A DNA stretch of 63,191 bases, taken from positions 1 to 63,191 of the forward strand of contig JYFJ02002141.1 in the NCBI GenBank assembly GCA_000934665.2. Direction: 5' to 3'. Source of the stretch: Catajapyx aquilonaris. Taxonomy: Eukaryota. Numbering within the stretch: the first letter of the stretch is position 1; each line of letters starts with the position of its first letter. A program made the translations under genes and the position numbers. Of this stretch, positions 41,483 through 54,300 are shown in pieces. Below the pieces are notes generated by a model. That model was not told where the DNA came from and ran no database searches. It saw only the letters and a list, made by a program, of their open reading frames with translations.

Positions 41483-44400
41483 ACCTCACATCCTATTTCG
41501 AAGCTAATATGGCAATCACGTATCATGCTCACGTCACAGTTTCATAGAGCTGTGTCCTCAGTATAAGCATCCAGCACATGATGGTATTCGCCGGTTTTCT
41601 TTGGCTGTTGTTGTAACGCTGAGTATTCGCATCACGTAGGAAGCCTATCGATCCACAGAGTGCTGGCCCTCTGTTGTTCTACATTCTCCCCCCAAAATGA
41701 TAAAGGCCCCTCAATTTATCCTCATACACACACACAAAAAAAAAAAAAATCCCCCTGATTTTCCGACATGGCAATCAGGCCTGTGCATATACCCTTCAGT
41801 CATATCACGTTGTAAAGAGGAATCAAGTTTCATCAGGACAGCATGTATTAATTGCTCAGTCTCCCGGAGCGCTATCAAAAAAGCCAGAAAATGATCATTG
41901 CGGCTTCCCCCGCAATTTAACCTAAAATGCGCAAAAAATTGGCAATGTTTTTGTGGCTCCAGAACTAGATCTAATGGCAATCTTTTGTGCGTCACAACAT
42001 CGCAGGGGGGGACACACATAAAAAGAGATAATTTGGTGGGACATGCTGGATGACAACCTAATATTGGGGTAGGGTAATGCAGTTGTCAGTGTATACAACA
42101 TCGGCCTTGATATGCTGCAGGATATGCATTAGTGTCAGCAAAAGCGACCAGGAAGATAAATACAGGCTCTCGCAATAGGACAGGCATAATTTCGGAGCTT
42201 TGTGATTGACCTGGAAGTTCATCACGATACATCATCCGTGTGAATTTCTAAAGCCGGTTAATGTCCGCAAAACGGATGATTATACATGACCAGGAATTGC
42301 CAGGTTTAAAGAAAGCGGCATAAACAACCCTGTGTAGAGGCTACGTTAAACGTCAGCAATAAAATGTAAGCTATCAAAAATTCTGTCGATTTGTCTGCGG
42401 TCATTTGCACACGTAAACAATCCTTTTGTTGTTCGCCTACACTGTAATTATGCAGCAGCATGCCGGCCAGAAATTATTGAATGTGGACTGCAATGACTTG
42501 TGCCCCATAAATAACGATCAATTTGACAGTTAGGTCCAAAAGCTCGTAAATAACTATTTCCAGCCCCTAATATAGAATATCCTGCTGCCACAACTGCGAG
42601 GAGACAAAAATACATTCATACAATTCCAATAATACTAACAGGGACTGACATGTATGCTTAAGCCCCGTGCAATAAATAACGTTGTTTAGAGAGCATATGT
42701 GACCCTTCTAGTTGGATATTAAGTAGTCTGTATTATACTATTCATTTACTCTCTCAAAAAATTGCCAAAGTTGGTAGGTTACTACACAATTTTTTTTAGA
42801 AAGAAACACATCCGTCAGTCTGTTGGAATTCTATATTTGCATTCAGGTGTTATTGTAAAGTTTGAGTGAGTTAGAACACATTTCATCCACAGTTCTAACC
42901 GCCCAACGTGCTAGGTTTTCAGGGATGTAAAATATATAATTGCATGTAATCGCCTTTAGAGACTATAAAACACAGTAAAACCTGTGTACAACAGACCCTG
43001 ATGCAGCAGAACCTTGCCCATTGCAGCTTTCGCTTGGTCCCGGCTTGGTACAGGATTTTCAGCTTATTTCTATTGCATGGGAAAATGGTTATATGCAAAA
43101 TATTTTTGCTCAGAGAGTTCCTTGTAGCCATAAAGCACTTTGAACATATTTCTACTACAAAAAAACAACTTTTTTTTTTAATAAGCCGGCATGGCCTGAT
43201 GTTTGTATTTTTTTTTTCCTTCCATGAAATGGACGGAGGCGACTTCATTATGCGCACCCTCCGCAGAGAACAATGCAGCTTTTGTAACTCTACTAAGCGG
43301 GTTTGTGGAGAAATGTGCCAAATCCCGAGGCATGCAAAAGGCGGCACGGGAATCAACATGAGAAGCGACGGGCCCCGCGATCCCCAGGAGGAATAACTCC
43401 GCCGCTGAAAACCTAAATGGGCCCGAATTAATCTGCTTGTAATTCCGCAGTGGAACAGAAATGCTGAAATAGTGGCCCCCACTCTCTAGACCCCCTGTTT
43501 TCCTATTGGCTTCAAAAGCACCCAAAAGCTCCCCAAGCATAAGCTGGAAATCTCTCGAATTTTCAATCCAACTCGAGACCTTCGGCTCTCAGCCCATTCC
43601 GGTAAGCCCCACTTCAAAACGTACACTCTGGGCAACAATCCTATTGTACAATTGCCCTTGGTTGAATATTGCATAGTTTGGGTATATAGTTACACAGTCT
43701 GCGGTTTCTACCGCCAACTGTAGGTTCCTCCCTAATAATTTTATTCGGCACACCGCTGTCAGTCTTAGATGTATACTGAAAGCTCCCCAGGCGTATATGT
43801 CACACTTTTCCGAAACCACAACACTTTTTTCCACCGGTCCAGAAGTCATGGTCTCTACTTACGTAAGTTCGGATCTACTTAAGTCGAGGGCTATGAATAT
43901 GCAGCGAAATCGACTGCAATTTTAACAGTACGAGTCAACGGAATCACACGCCTTTCGACCTGAACATCACATTTTCTCACTGTGCCGGAAGAAATAGTTT
44001 TGCAGACTCATTTCGGGCGCATCCAAGCGTTCATGACAGCCCTGTAAGGACCTAGCTCTGTAGGACCTAATTGCATCAAAAGGCGGCAGTTAGCAGCAGA
44101 GGCGGTACTTTCTACATTGCAAGCACTCCCTAGCTGGTCCTGGACATCGATTCGCGGGTGACCCGAAACAGCTCCATTACCCATCGCTCCGTTGCGATTT
44201 GAGCCCAAGCTTTTGGACGTGGAGCCTGGAACCGTGCTTCATTAATTCCCCTCAAGATGGGTCACGTCATTCACACGGCCACCTAATGTGGGGCCCCCAT
44301 ATCAATTACACGCACCAGTTTATTCGGACTGCAGCCTTCACTTTCGTTTCATTAATTTCCGTCCGCCTGGAATTCCACTCGGGTAAAGTCTGAAAGTTTT

Positions 44401-47400
44401 AGCATATTTGGGGGCCAGGCAAAATTGATGCTGCATCCTGTCATCATATTTCGTTCTTGTTTCCCACGCCAAATGCGATCCGAAAGCAACATTTTTTTAA
44501 ACAAGAATTACTTATTATGCTATATAGTAAATGGGTAGTTTTTGGTTGTAATCAGGTCTATATAGTTCAGCCTTCTCAGCTGACTAGGACCATCTTGGTC
44601 TGATGACTAGGCAGGTCTAGTTTCTCAGTGTAGTCAGGTGATATAGGAAACCCTCGTCGTTTGACCCGGATATTTCTCTCTGTGTACCCTTCGATCAAAA
44701 TACTACAAACACGTCTCTTGCATATCTGTGATAAGTGACCAAATAATAAGCTTCACACTTAAACTGACTTGCGTGAATTTGAGTACTCACATCAATTACC
44801 GACGACAGTAACAACTATCTGCCTCGTACTTGCGTGTTACTTCAATCCGTTCCATTCATTCCGACTACACCGCCCGCTACTGTATCACACAAAGACAGAT
44901 GTAATGGCTTGATAGAATGCATCTATTGTCATATCCATTAATGTCATGCACTTGGTATGTTACGTGAAGCTTCAGAACCGCCTTCTAGACGGTTGCGAGA
45001 CAATAATTCATTACGAAGTCTGCCTCCGACTGTTCTGCCAAGCTATCACAAAGGGGCAAACAAACGGGGGCTTGTATCCTATCGCGCGAGCAAACACGTC
45101 ACAGGAATCGCAGTCTCCCATTTTGGGTCTCAATTTTGCGATCAGCAAACTTCACAACTGGAGCCAGAATGGACGCGAGTAAGTGCATGGCGCGACGGCG
45201 TAACGATTCTCAATCTCTCCGCAAGACACTGGAGGCCTCCAATCATGAATAATTAAACAACTGTGGGTCTCTCTATGTAGTCAAGCCGATAAGATAATGA
45301 ACACGGAATCTATTTTAAGACCGCAGAGAAGTACGTACTATAGTCACACATTGATATATTCTGCAAAGCATCAAGGAAATGGAAAAGGCGAATATTGGAA
45401 ACATCTCCGGCAAAATCCTTTTTGACATTAATTGCATATCAACTTAGACTTGTGCATTTCATTTGATTGCTTATTTATTTATTTAGCTTCCTTGCAGAAG
45501 AACACGAACTAGAGGTAGTAATCCATCACGTTTTGCCCTGCCTCAACTTGTGTATAGGAAACGTACCACCCTTTATGACTTTATAATAGGCAAGCAGATG
45601 TATAGTGCTCGTAAATACAACATTACAGATAGATGGAAACAGAAATACGTTGTACTTGTCTCAATCCCAATAACAACAGCAATGAATTTCTAAAATTGCT
45701 CTCAGTATAGCACAACGGCGATCATGTTAATCAAATTTTAACCAAAAGTCTGAATCTCTTCTATGCACTGCAAGGCAGCTGCATGATTTACTCCTGACTA
45801 TAGATTATTCACAAGACAGAAGATTCGCCAATTTTCTAGAAGACTGGCATGCTTTTTTATCCAAAGGTGTATAAATAGCATATAACATTGACCTACTATA
45901 GTCCGCATACACCTTACGCAAGAAATGCCATTTTCACAATTGATTTTCCTTTCGGTATGCCGCAGCCACGGTCCTGAATGGCCCATCCATGTGACCTATA
46001 ACTTTGCAATTCATAATGAATGACCGGAAACCGGAAAAGATGAAATCGGCTTGTACCCACGAACGTCTCCATTTGTATAGCTCTTTTTCCAGTCATACTT
46101 CATGCTTAAAATCGCAGATGGAAAACATGGTATTCAATAGCTCGAACAAAACTATCCTGCTTGCTACAGTAATTTTTGCTACTTTATTTGCGTCCTTCCG
46201 ACAGGGATGCTTATTTACATCCGCCTTAAAAATAGTAATTCCCTTACGTGGGCGAAACTACCCAAACATACGAACATAAAAGAACCTGACCCAAGGCACC
46301 AAATTACTGTACGGCGCGGCAGGAAGTATATATTTCAGCAAATATTGGAGCACCGGTGCACCACATATCATCATAAAAGACCCACAACGAACGAGTCGAT
46401 AGGTCGACTTTCTGTGCAGAAAAAAACTACAGCACATAACAATGCCCTCCAGCTACATCGAACTGTACAGTGCCATGTTTTCATCCTACGAAGCCCGCAA
46501 ACTTACAAGCCTCCATTGCGTTGGTGATTGTCTAACTTCCAGGATGAATGTTCTCATTACAACAAAATGCAAGACCGCGCAGGTTCGATCAATACGTTAA
46601 TGCCGTAACAAAACATGCCGCACTCACAAAAGTATCTGGGATTACCAACATGAAACTCGATTTTATAAATGTGCCGCAGCTGCATAGCACGGATTAATAC
46701 CACAGAGATATTTGAATTATTGGAAAATAATGTCATCCCTCCATAAACTATAGTGATACCGCGTTGAATCAAATCTGCAATTTACAATATTAATTCATAT
46801 TTTGATATATGCATAACAAATTACATAAATGTTATTTCTGCCATATCGAACTGTCAAAGGCGCAATAATAAGCGAAAGCCACAAAATGAACCCGGGAGTA
46901 GATCCAACTTCTGAAATTAAATTGCATATTTAACATCGCTCAAAAATGCATATTTCCTACCAGCTGCAAACCAGTTTTTTTTTTCGAGTTCATGCAAAAC
47001 GAGTCGCATTATTAATCAAACGTCGAGACTCAGCAGTCAGAAAGGCTTTTTTTGCCTTCGACCACTGTGACAGATGCTGCGGAACATTAATGGCAAATTC
47101 AACAGGTACAGCGCCTTTCCCGAGGATGCTGCATCAGAAATGACACTCCACTGAACTTGATCCTCTTCAGGCCTCACAATTCCGTGCCTCTTATCTGGAC
47201 AGCACGCTTTTATGTCAGCTTCCTTCTATTAAAGGTCGTGCTTCACGCAAAAAAAAGGGGGCCCACTCTTGTTAGACTCCAACAATGCATTATAGCCACC
47301 GACTTGGATGGGGTTTGGAAGTAAAGAGAAACTAAGAAAAAAGAGCACATGTGCTGCAGCAGACTCATCGAAGTCATTGAAAAGAGAGTGCAATTTGTCA

Positions 47401-49428
47401 ACCCAAAGTCCTCTCTCCCCTCTGCCTGATCCGAGGCCAGATTTGGAGCTGACACCTTCCCAAAGGAGTTGAAGAACGTGTTTACTCCGGAATCGCCTAA
47501 AAAGAACTGGGTGAATGCTCCCTGGGTCGCCTTTACTCACTGAGGAAAAAAAAGGTGGGGTGCAGGCCTTTCTTCTGCCACTGGAAGACCCAATCTAGAT
47601 TGATGGAGGTGGTCACTGGGGTGAAAACAACCACCCCAACCGAACAAGAAGAAAAATCGCCATGAATTCAGACACTATAGTTGGCAAACCATGCAATTGT
47701 TCATTTTCGAAATATTCGGGCCTTGACCCAAATCACGTCCCTGGTTCCTTTTGAGCGAATTCCTTCAAATATTATTGTATGAAATAAAAATAGTATGAAC
47801 ATGAAAAATGTAACAGAAATTGAGCAAATTTTTAACATAAGTGTATAACGACGCGGTTCTTAATCGTACGTCTGTAAGTAGATCAGTGCTTCCTTAGTTG
47901 CTTCAGAGATATTTGAGAATCGCAGTAAATTTTTGATGGAGCCACTCGCGGTGTGCGAGGTGTGAAATTACGGTTGGGTGCGAACAATCTCACCTATTAA
48001 GCGCCCAAAATGGAAGAGGTGAGGGGCAGATGGAGCAGGGGGGTGCTGGCTGAAACAAAATAATTGGCCAGCTCGGTCCCGCAACTGACTTCGTTACGTG
48101 ACGTAAATCAAGCTTAAGTTTACTGCAGGAGCCTTTATCATCCGAATTAATTGCCAGCCGGGCACAGCATTCTCCCTCAAAATAGAGTCGCCGAGATAGA
48201 CTAATCCTGGGAAGCTCTCAGATTTCCCCAAATTTTTTCCCCCACAGGCTTTTCTTCCATGGCTTTAAGGTCGGGAACTAATTAGCACCAGTAGCGTTTC
48301 CTGCTCTTTTCCAACAAGAATGACTTGTAGGTTTGCAGCTTTATGTGGGGTATAACAATCCATGTCACAACAAACCCTCAGTCCAATCCATCAACGTTGC
48401 TTTCCCTTGCCTTCTATCTTCAACATCCACCATTTTAAAACACAGTGGCGGTTTCAAGCACGCCCAAATCTCCACATTGCGCAATCGATCGTCTAAAATT
48501 CACCCGGATTTTCTTGTGCACAGTGTGATTCAATTGAAAACCCGCCCCTCCTTCGGGGATATTGGGCAATGGTTTCTATATACCCTGTCCTTGATTAATG
48601 GCGCCTGCGGTTTTGGGGGGGGTCTCCGGAGTCAGCGACCGGTACGGCAAAATCCTCTGGAGTACGAAAAGTCAAAGTCTGCTTGTCGCATGAGGAAACA
48701 GCACGCCAGATAAAGCAAGGCTCACGGGGGGATGGCCTTGTCTCAGGAACGGAAACTCGCTGATAACGCCCAAGAAGTCAACTCCGGCCGGAAATTCGTG
48801 GGTTGTAATGCACCCAGCACTCAGCGTGTGCACACACCTGCCAGACTGCACATAATAATAATTACAATCATAAAGGGTAATCACGTGGAAAAAATTATAT
48901 TATAGTTAACTGATAAGGGTGATAAAATATGTGCTCACAATATATTAGCCGAGCAGAAAAGTACTCTGAAGTCTGAACAGAAAACAAATCATAATTGAGA
49001 GATGCGCAATTGCTTTGCATCTAGCACATTGCTACACAATAGTTTTCCCTTCCGCCTACTTCGTAACAACCAGTTACAAGCAATGACTATACTTCTCATT
49101 ACTAAGATTCTTGGAGCGTGCGATGTTGTCACAACTTATTCCGTCAGAGAGTTAAACAGAAATCCGAGGGTTTAAAGCGCCACTAACTTGTCAGAACAAT
49201 TGCGCCTCATCTTTCCCATGGCATCACCACAAAAGGCAGTAAGTAGGTCGCGGTGTAATCATTGCAGGCATTTTAAAGTGCAATTTCGCAACTGCATTTA
49301 ATACCTGGTCATGCAACCGCTGCACCACCATCTCATTATCGTCCTTCCGCGTAAATATTTGGACGAGGGAGGGCAGCAAATGTTGCTTCAACCTATATCC
49401 ATTCATAATTATGGTAGACAAAAAAAAT

Positions 49429-49444
49429 AGACATTTAGGCGCCA
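49429..49444 (-). promoter_or_regulatory. BMP-responsive Smad1/5-Smad4 composite element
   Basis: Minus strand TGGCGCC-TAAAT-GTCT, which is GGCGCC(N5)GTCT with the exact 5-bp spacer. Confidence 0.35.
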
Positions 49445-51300
49445 TAATGTGAAAAAGCGCGCTAATCAAAGGTTATAGCATTCAGGTCGCGTATATAATT
49501 TTCTGGCTCACGTAGCGACAACAACCGAAAAAAAAACTGCTCCCTCCCAGATTCAACTTCGGATACAAACAAGCAATAAGAGGTAATTAATGGGCACGCT
49601 AGAGTAGCTACACAGTCACCTTTCGTAATTACACAGAAACCATAAATTAGACAGTGAGATGGTATATATAAGGTGAGCTCAAGATGCCGGGCTATTTATT
49701 TTCACGAAGGAAAAAAAAAAAGTTTCCGAGTTTTCTAATCAAGATAACCATTCTGTCCAAGTATTTATGGGGGTTCCTGCCCGAGTTAGTTCTGACAACA
49801 GACCTACAACTGCTCAAGTCTGTGCGACACGAATAAACCATTCCTCTAGTGTAAATCTGAAAAAGTTTCAGCCCATTTTCCGGGGAAGTTATACCCTTAA
49901 CACAAAGCCATTTTCTCAAGTATACAGTCGCTGCATTAATGAACGAGTAAAGGTAAACCACTCAGCAAAAGGTGTGGAAATACATAATTATGGCAACATT
50001 ATACCAAGCTATCTGTTTAGAATCTAGCTTTGAACCGCCTTAGCTATATCCTAAGTACCGGGACATGAAGTCGAAGCGAGTTAGCAGACGGTAACTTTAA
50101 AGATCGGTGCTCAGAATACAAATTAGTTACGAAACTCTTGCGAGATGTACAGTGTATATTATAGGCTGAAAACTTAGGCCTCGCTATTCCTCGGTTACCC
50201 TTATGCTCAGCATTTAATTGGATTGCAATATCTCGCTAGTACGTCTCTTACCACAGGCTCTATGTCGCGATAAAGGGAAACGTGCTCTGGCATCGCTTTG
50301 TACTACTTGTGAGCAGGATGTTGAGAAACTTGAGACCGCGTTTTGTCTTTCACTGTGGGCAACGTCGTTAAACCACGACTTCCCAAGTTTCCAACTTACG
50401 TGCCTTGTCCGACGCCAAGAAACCACCCCGTGAGCTACACAAAACGCTGAGTTAATTGCACTTTAAGACTGTAACGATCCTTATTTAATATCAACACCGG
50501 ATAATATCAGGGGGGTAAAAAGTGCTCCCGGAATCTTGTTATACTCCCTATAGTTATGAACCAGCTGAAATTCAGGAAATTTCATTCTGAATCTAATCAT
50601 CCCTAATAGTTTCAGTCTGTTAAACCTAAAACTATCTCTAAGCCTATATACATTCTCCTGAGAAAGCAACATTTTTTACTTTTCATACTGTAATTGAACA
50701 GAAGTATTCTCTCAGGCCTGTCATTGAAATAAATTGGCCAGCTTTGGGAACGACCTTCTGGAAAACATCATTGTCATCTGAGGACCAGCATTTAACTTCT
50801 TTTTCCCCCAGTCAAATCTATACCTACAGGGTTAATTGACATAATATTCGAAATAATAATAATCCTATACTTTTCCTAGAAAAGTAGTAACCAAATTGTT
50901 ACAAACACAGGGATAAAAACTATAGCAAGGCTCGTGCAGTCAGTAACGACTGATACCATGGAATTCACTATGCCTGCCAAACCCTCACGCAAACCGCATA
51001 ATAATGCTTTTGCAGGTCGCATCTTTGACAGTTACACCTCTCCCACACTATAATAATGCATGCTTTGCTGATGGCTTCGCAAACCAATCCTGCAACACGC
51101 GTTCATTATGCTCCGTGCAACTGGGTCGTACCATAATAAACATGTCCCCCCATCCCCGAAGGGAGATTAAAGCCAGGATTACGATATATTTACTTTAAAG
51201 ACTCTGTCGTTCTCTACATAATACAGGCGAGGTACAAACGGAATGGGCGCTGAGAAGTTAATCAGAGTATTTGTAAGACCCCTGCAGGGCCCAAGAAGCT

Positions 51301-51357
51301 CTAACCCATCTCTACTCTTATATCCCCCCCTCCCCAACCTCTTCTCCGTTGCAGCAG
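51301..51357 (+). other. Candidate 3' splice site (branch point, polypyrimidine tract, NAGNAG)
   Basis: CTAAC at 51301, then an AG-free pyrimidine-rich tract, then TTGCAG/CAG with AGs ending at 51354 and 51357. Confidence 0.3.
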
Positions 51358-54300
51358 AATATAATGTACCATTCTCAGGGCTTGGAAAATCCGGGGGGCT
51401 GCCTTTGCCTGCTAAGCGGCCATATCGACTTCCGTATTGCGGCAACGGAGAAGCAACACCGACATTCCTCGAGGTACACGTAGCTTCCATGCGGACCCCT
51501 GCCCACCAAACCGACCGCAGCCATTATACGGGACACCCTCTCCTAAAATTAATGCCCCCTGTTGCATTTTCCCTTTTTCGCTCTGACCCCTAACTGAATT
51601 ACGGACCATGCTCGTAATTATTATTGCGCAATTAGATTTGGCTTCTCGGAACAAGAGGAGTCTTCTATGAAAGTGCATGACCATTTGGGACGACTTGAGG
51701 TGTGACGTCAGGGAGTGTGTGGTTTGCATCCCGCAGACGCACTGTCTGCCACCGTATATGTATGCCGGATATTAGTTTGATGCGCTCGGAAAGGCTCATA
51801 TTTGGATAATTAAATAGGTTTCCCGCAAAAACCTTCCATTAGCCTGCGGTACATAGGAAGCGCTTACAATTTCCTGGTATTCTTGGCATCTCCACCTGGG
51901 TCACGAAGCCTCACCTTCACCGATTTTCAGATATTTCGACAACTCTGCATCACTATTGGTGATTTTACCATATTGTTTTCAATCTGTATTATCTCTCAAA
52001 AGTCAACCTCAGCTACAAGCCAAAACATTATATGCTCCAGTAGCATCCAAAGTGGCACCACAAGCATTTAAAAAAAATATTCGACTTCCCGGATAGCAGC
52101 TATCCATCCATCTCCTTTCGCAAATGTGCAAGAGAAGGCTATTTTCAACAGTCCGCAGATAATCACTTAGGGAATGAAAAAGAGAGAGAAGAGCTGAATC
52201 CAGCTACAGCGAGCAAATAGGTCGGAACGAATATCCGGTTAGTGAAGAATACGCCTATCCGTTTTGTTGTGCCAGCAGTTTTTTCCCCCTCAGCTAAAGC
52301 CATGCTGGGTTTTGTCCAAGAGGATTGAACAATTTGTATTATCAAAATGTGACTTCACATCTTCACATCCTAATATATCTCAAAACCAAAACGAAGCTGA
52401 TTAGTTGCCTGGAAGTAGTCCATGGCAAAATGTTGTATTGCGTGAGATGTAACGGATGCGAAATAATTAAGGTGCTTAAAAAGTGAGCATGAATCGCACA
52501 ATGCTTGCAAATTTACCTTCCACACACCGCCCCGTTAATAAAGGCGCTAATAAAAGTCACGGTTGTGTGCCAAGCATAACTCTTCCTGCTGGCCAAGAGG
52601 TTATACCCGCGGGTAATAAATATCATGCACGTAACACTAGGGCATACACGGATGATATAGAAGAGGGTAAGTTGGATCAACCCATGAAAAGAAGCCCCAC
52701 CAGTACACAAAAAATACGTCATTTCTAAAGTCCTAACATTCAACCCCTCCCAGGAATTTCCATCTCGCATAATCATTTTTTATTGGTCCGTGCCGAGAGT
52801 CGCTGATGTAGCGAAATGGGAATTCCTTTCTCGAGGAACTTGTATCGAGTATGGTTTCCAAAAGTATTTCCATATCTGAAGATGATTTTTTCTTGAAACT
52901 TTGGCGGCTTCAAAGCCGATACCATCTGCTTGCCGAGCGTTGAAAATTTATTTCAAGGTGAGTGCACCCTGAGTATCTCGAACTGAAACGCTGCGAAATA
53001 TTCGGGGCAGGTTCTGGATAAGAAGCAGAAGCGTAAATCACAAATTATCTAAGTGCGCAACTGTACATTACTTCAATCGGTTTGATCGTGATTCACCTGC
53101 AAAAATATGACCAACAAAGTGGTTTTTGTTAATGGCACAAATAATGAACTACACCAACAAAAAAAAAGGTGAGATATACATTGGCGTGATGCAAGTTTTA
53201 ATTATAGTAAAGAGTATGAGCGTTTCTTCTCATCAGAATAAGAGAAAATCGCAATTAATCAATGTCGATCAAATCACTTTCCCAAATGTATGAACCTGCG
53301 ATGAATAGTGTGGTGTCGCATTCCAGAAAGGAATGTTATGGTCCACGAGGGAATGCCCATAAATGCGCAAAAATTCTTTGCATTGTGCAGGTAATAAAAC
53401 TGTTGTGGTTGCATCTAAGGATTACAGACATACCAAACTGACAATTAAAGATTTGATGCTTAACGTCCTGTTGCGCCCAGAACCCTACCGAATGCGGCAG
53501 TGCATGAAGCGAAACGTGTCCAACCAATCATTTTTCACTAAGCACTCCTCCCAATTTGTCAACGACGTATCATTCCGATGTCAATACCCAGTAACCCAGT
53601 GAAGTAGTACGTCAAAGGTCCCCCGCCCCAAAAGTTTGACGTCATAAATCTTGCCAGTGTGAGATCATAAAAATTGAGAGCCCTCCTTTTTCCTTGGCTA
53701 TGTCTGAACTCCGAGAATCCAGCTCAGGGTGGTTTACGTCCAAGCAGTAACATTTTACGACCCTTCTTTTTAAGACCAGCGCACACAACACCACAGAGAG
53801 AGAGAAAAAAAATATAGGGTGTACTTTTCCTATCCGACCTGATTCCCTCAACGTGTACGGTAGTAGGTCAGTGTAAATTCCCCCGCAGGACCTTCCTGAT
53901 CAAGTCCCCTTTGACATTTGATGACCAAGCCCACTTTCCCCCCCTCCCTATATACATCCCTCGAAACCCCTTTTTGCTGTGCGCCACCAGAACAGTTCGA
54001 TTGGAAAATTGCGCACTGAGGCCAAAAGCTTTTCCTCCCTCCCACCCACACCTCTCTTCCCTCAATATGTTGGAGGTCAACCTGGCGTGTCGGGCTCCAT
54101 TTCAACACCAGGACAGCCCCCTTGCATTCCTCAGTACAGTTCCGTTGTACGGTTGCAAGCCGGCTGACGGATCACCTTTCGGCACGTGTGTGCGAGGACC
54201 TACATACAAATCGACTCGGGACATCGCCAAGTCTATTGAAATATTAGGTATAGGAACAGACGGTAACACGATCCGATCGCACAGGAGATCTGATTCCAAG

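Noticed and set aside
43865..43878. 14-nt match (GTAGATCCGAACTT, minus strand) to miR-100
   Set aside because: The seed region differs, there is no precursor hairpin, and no let-7 or miR-125 lies nearby.
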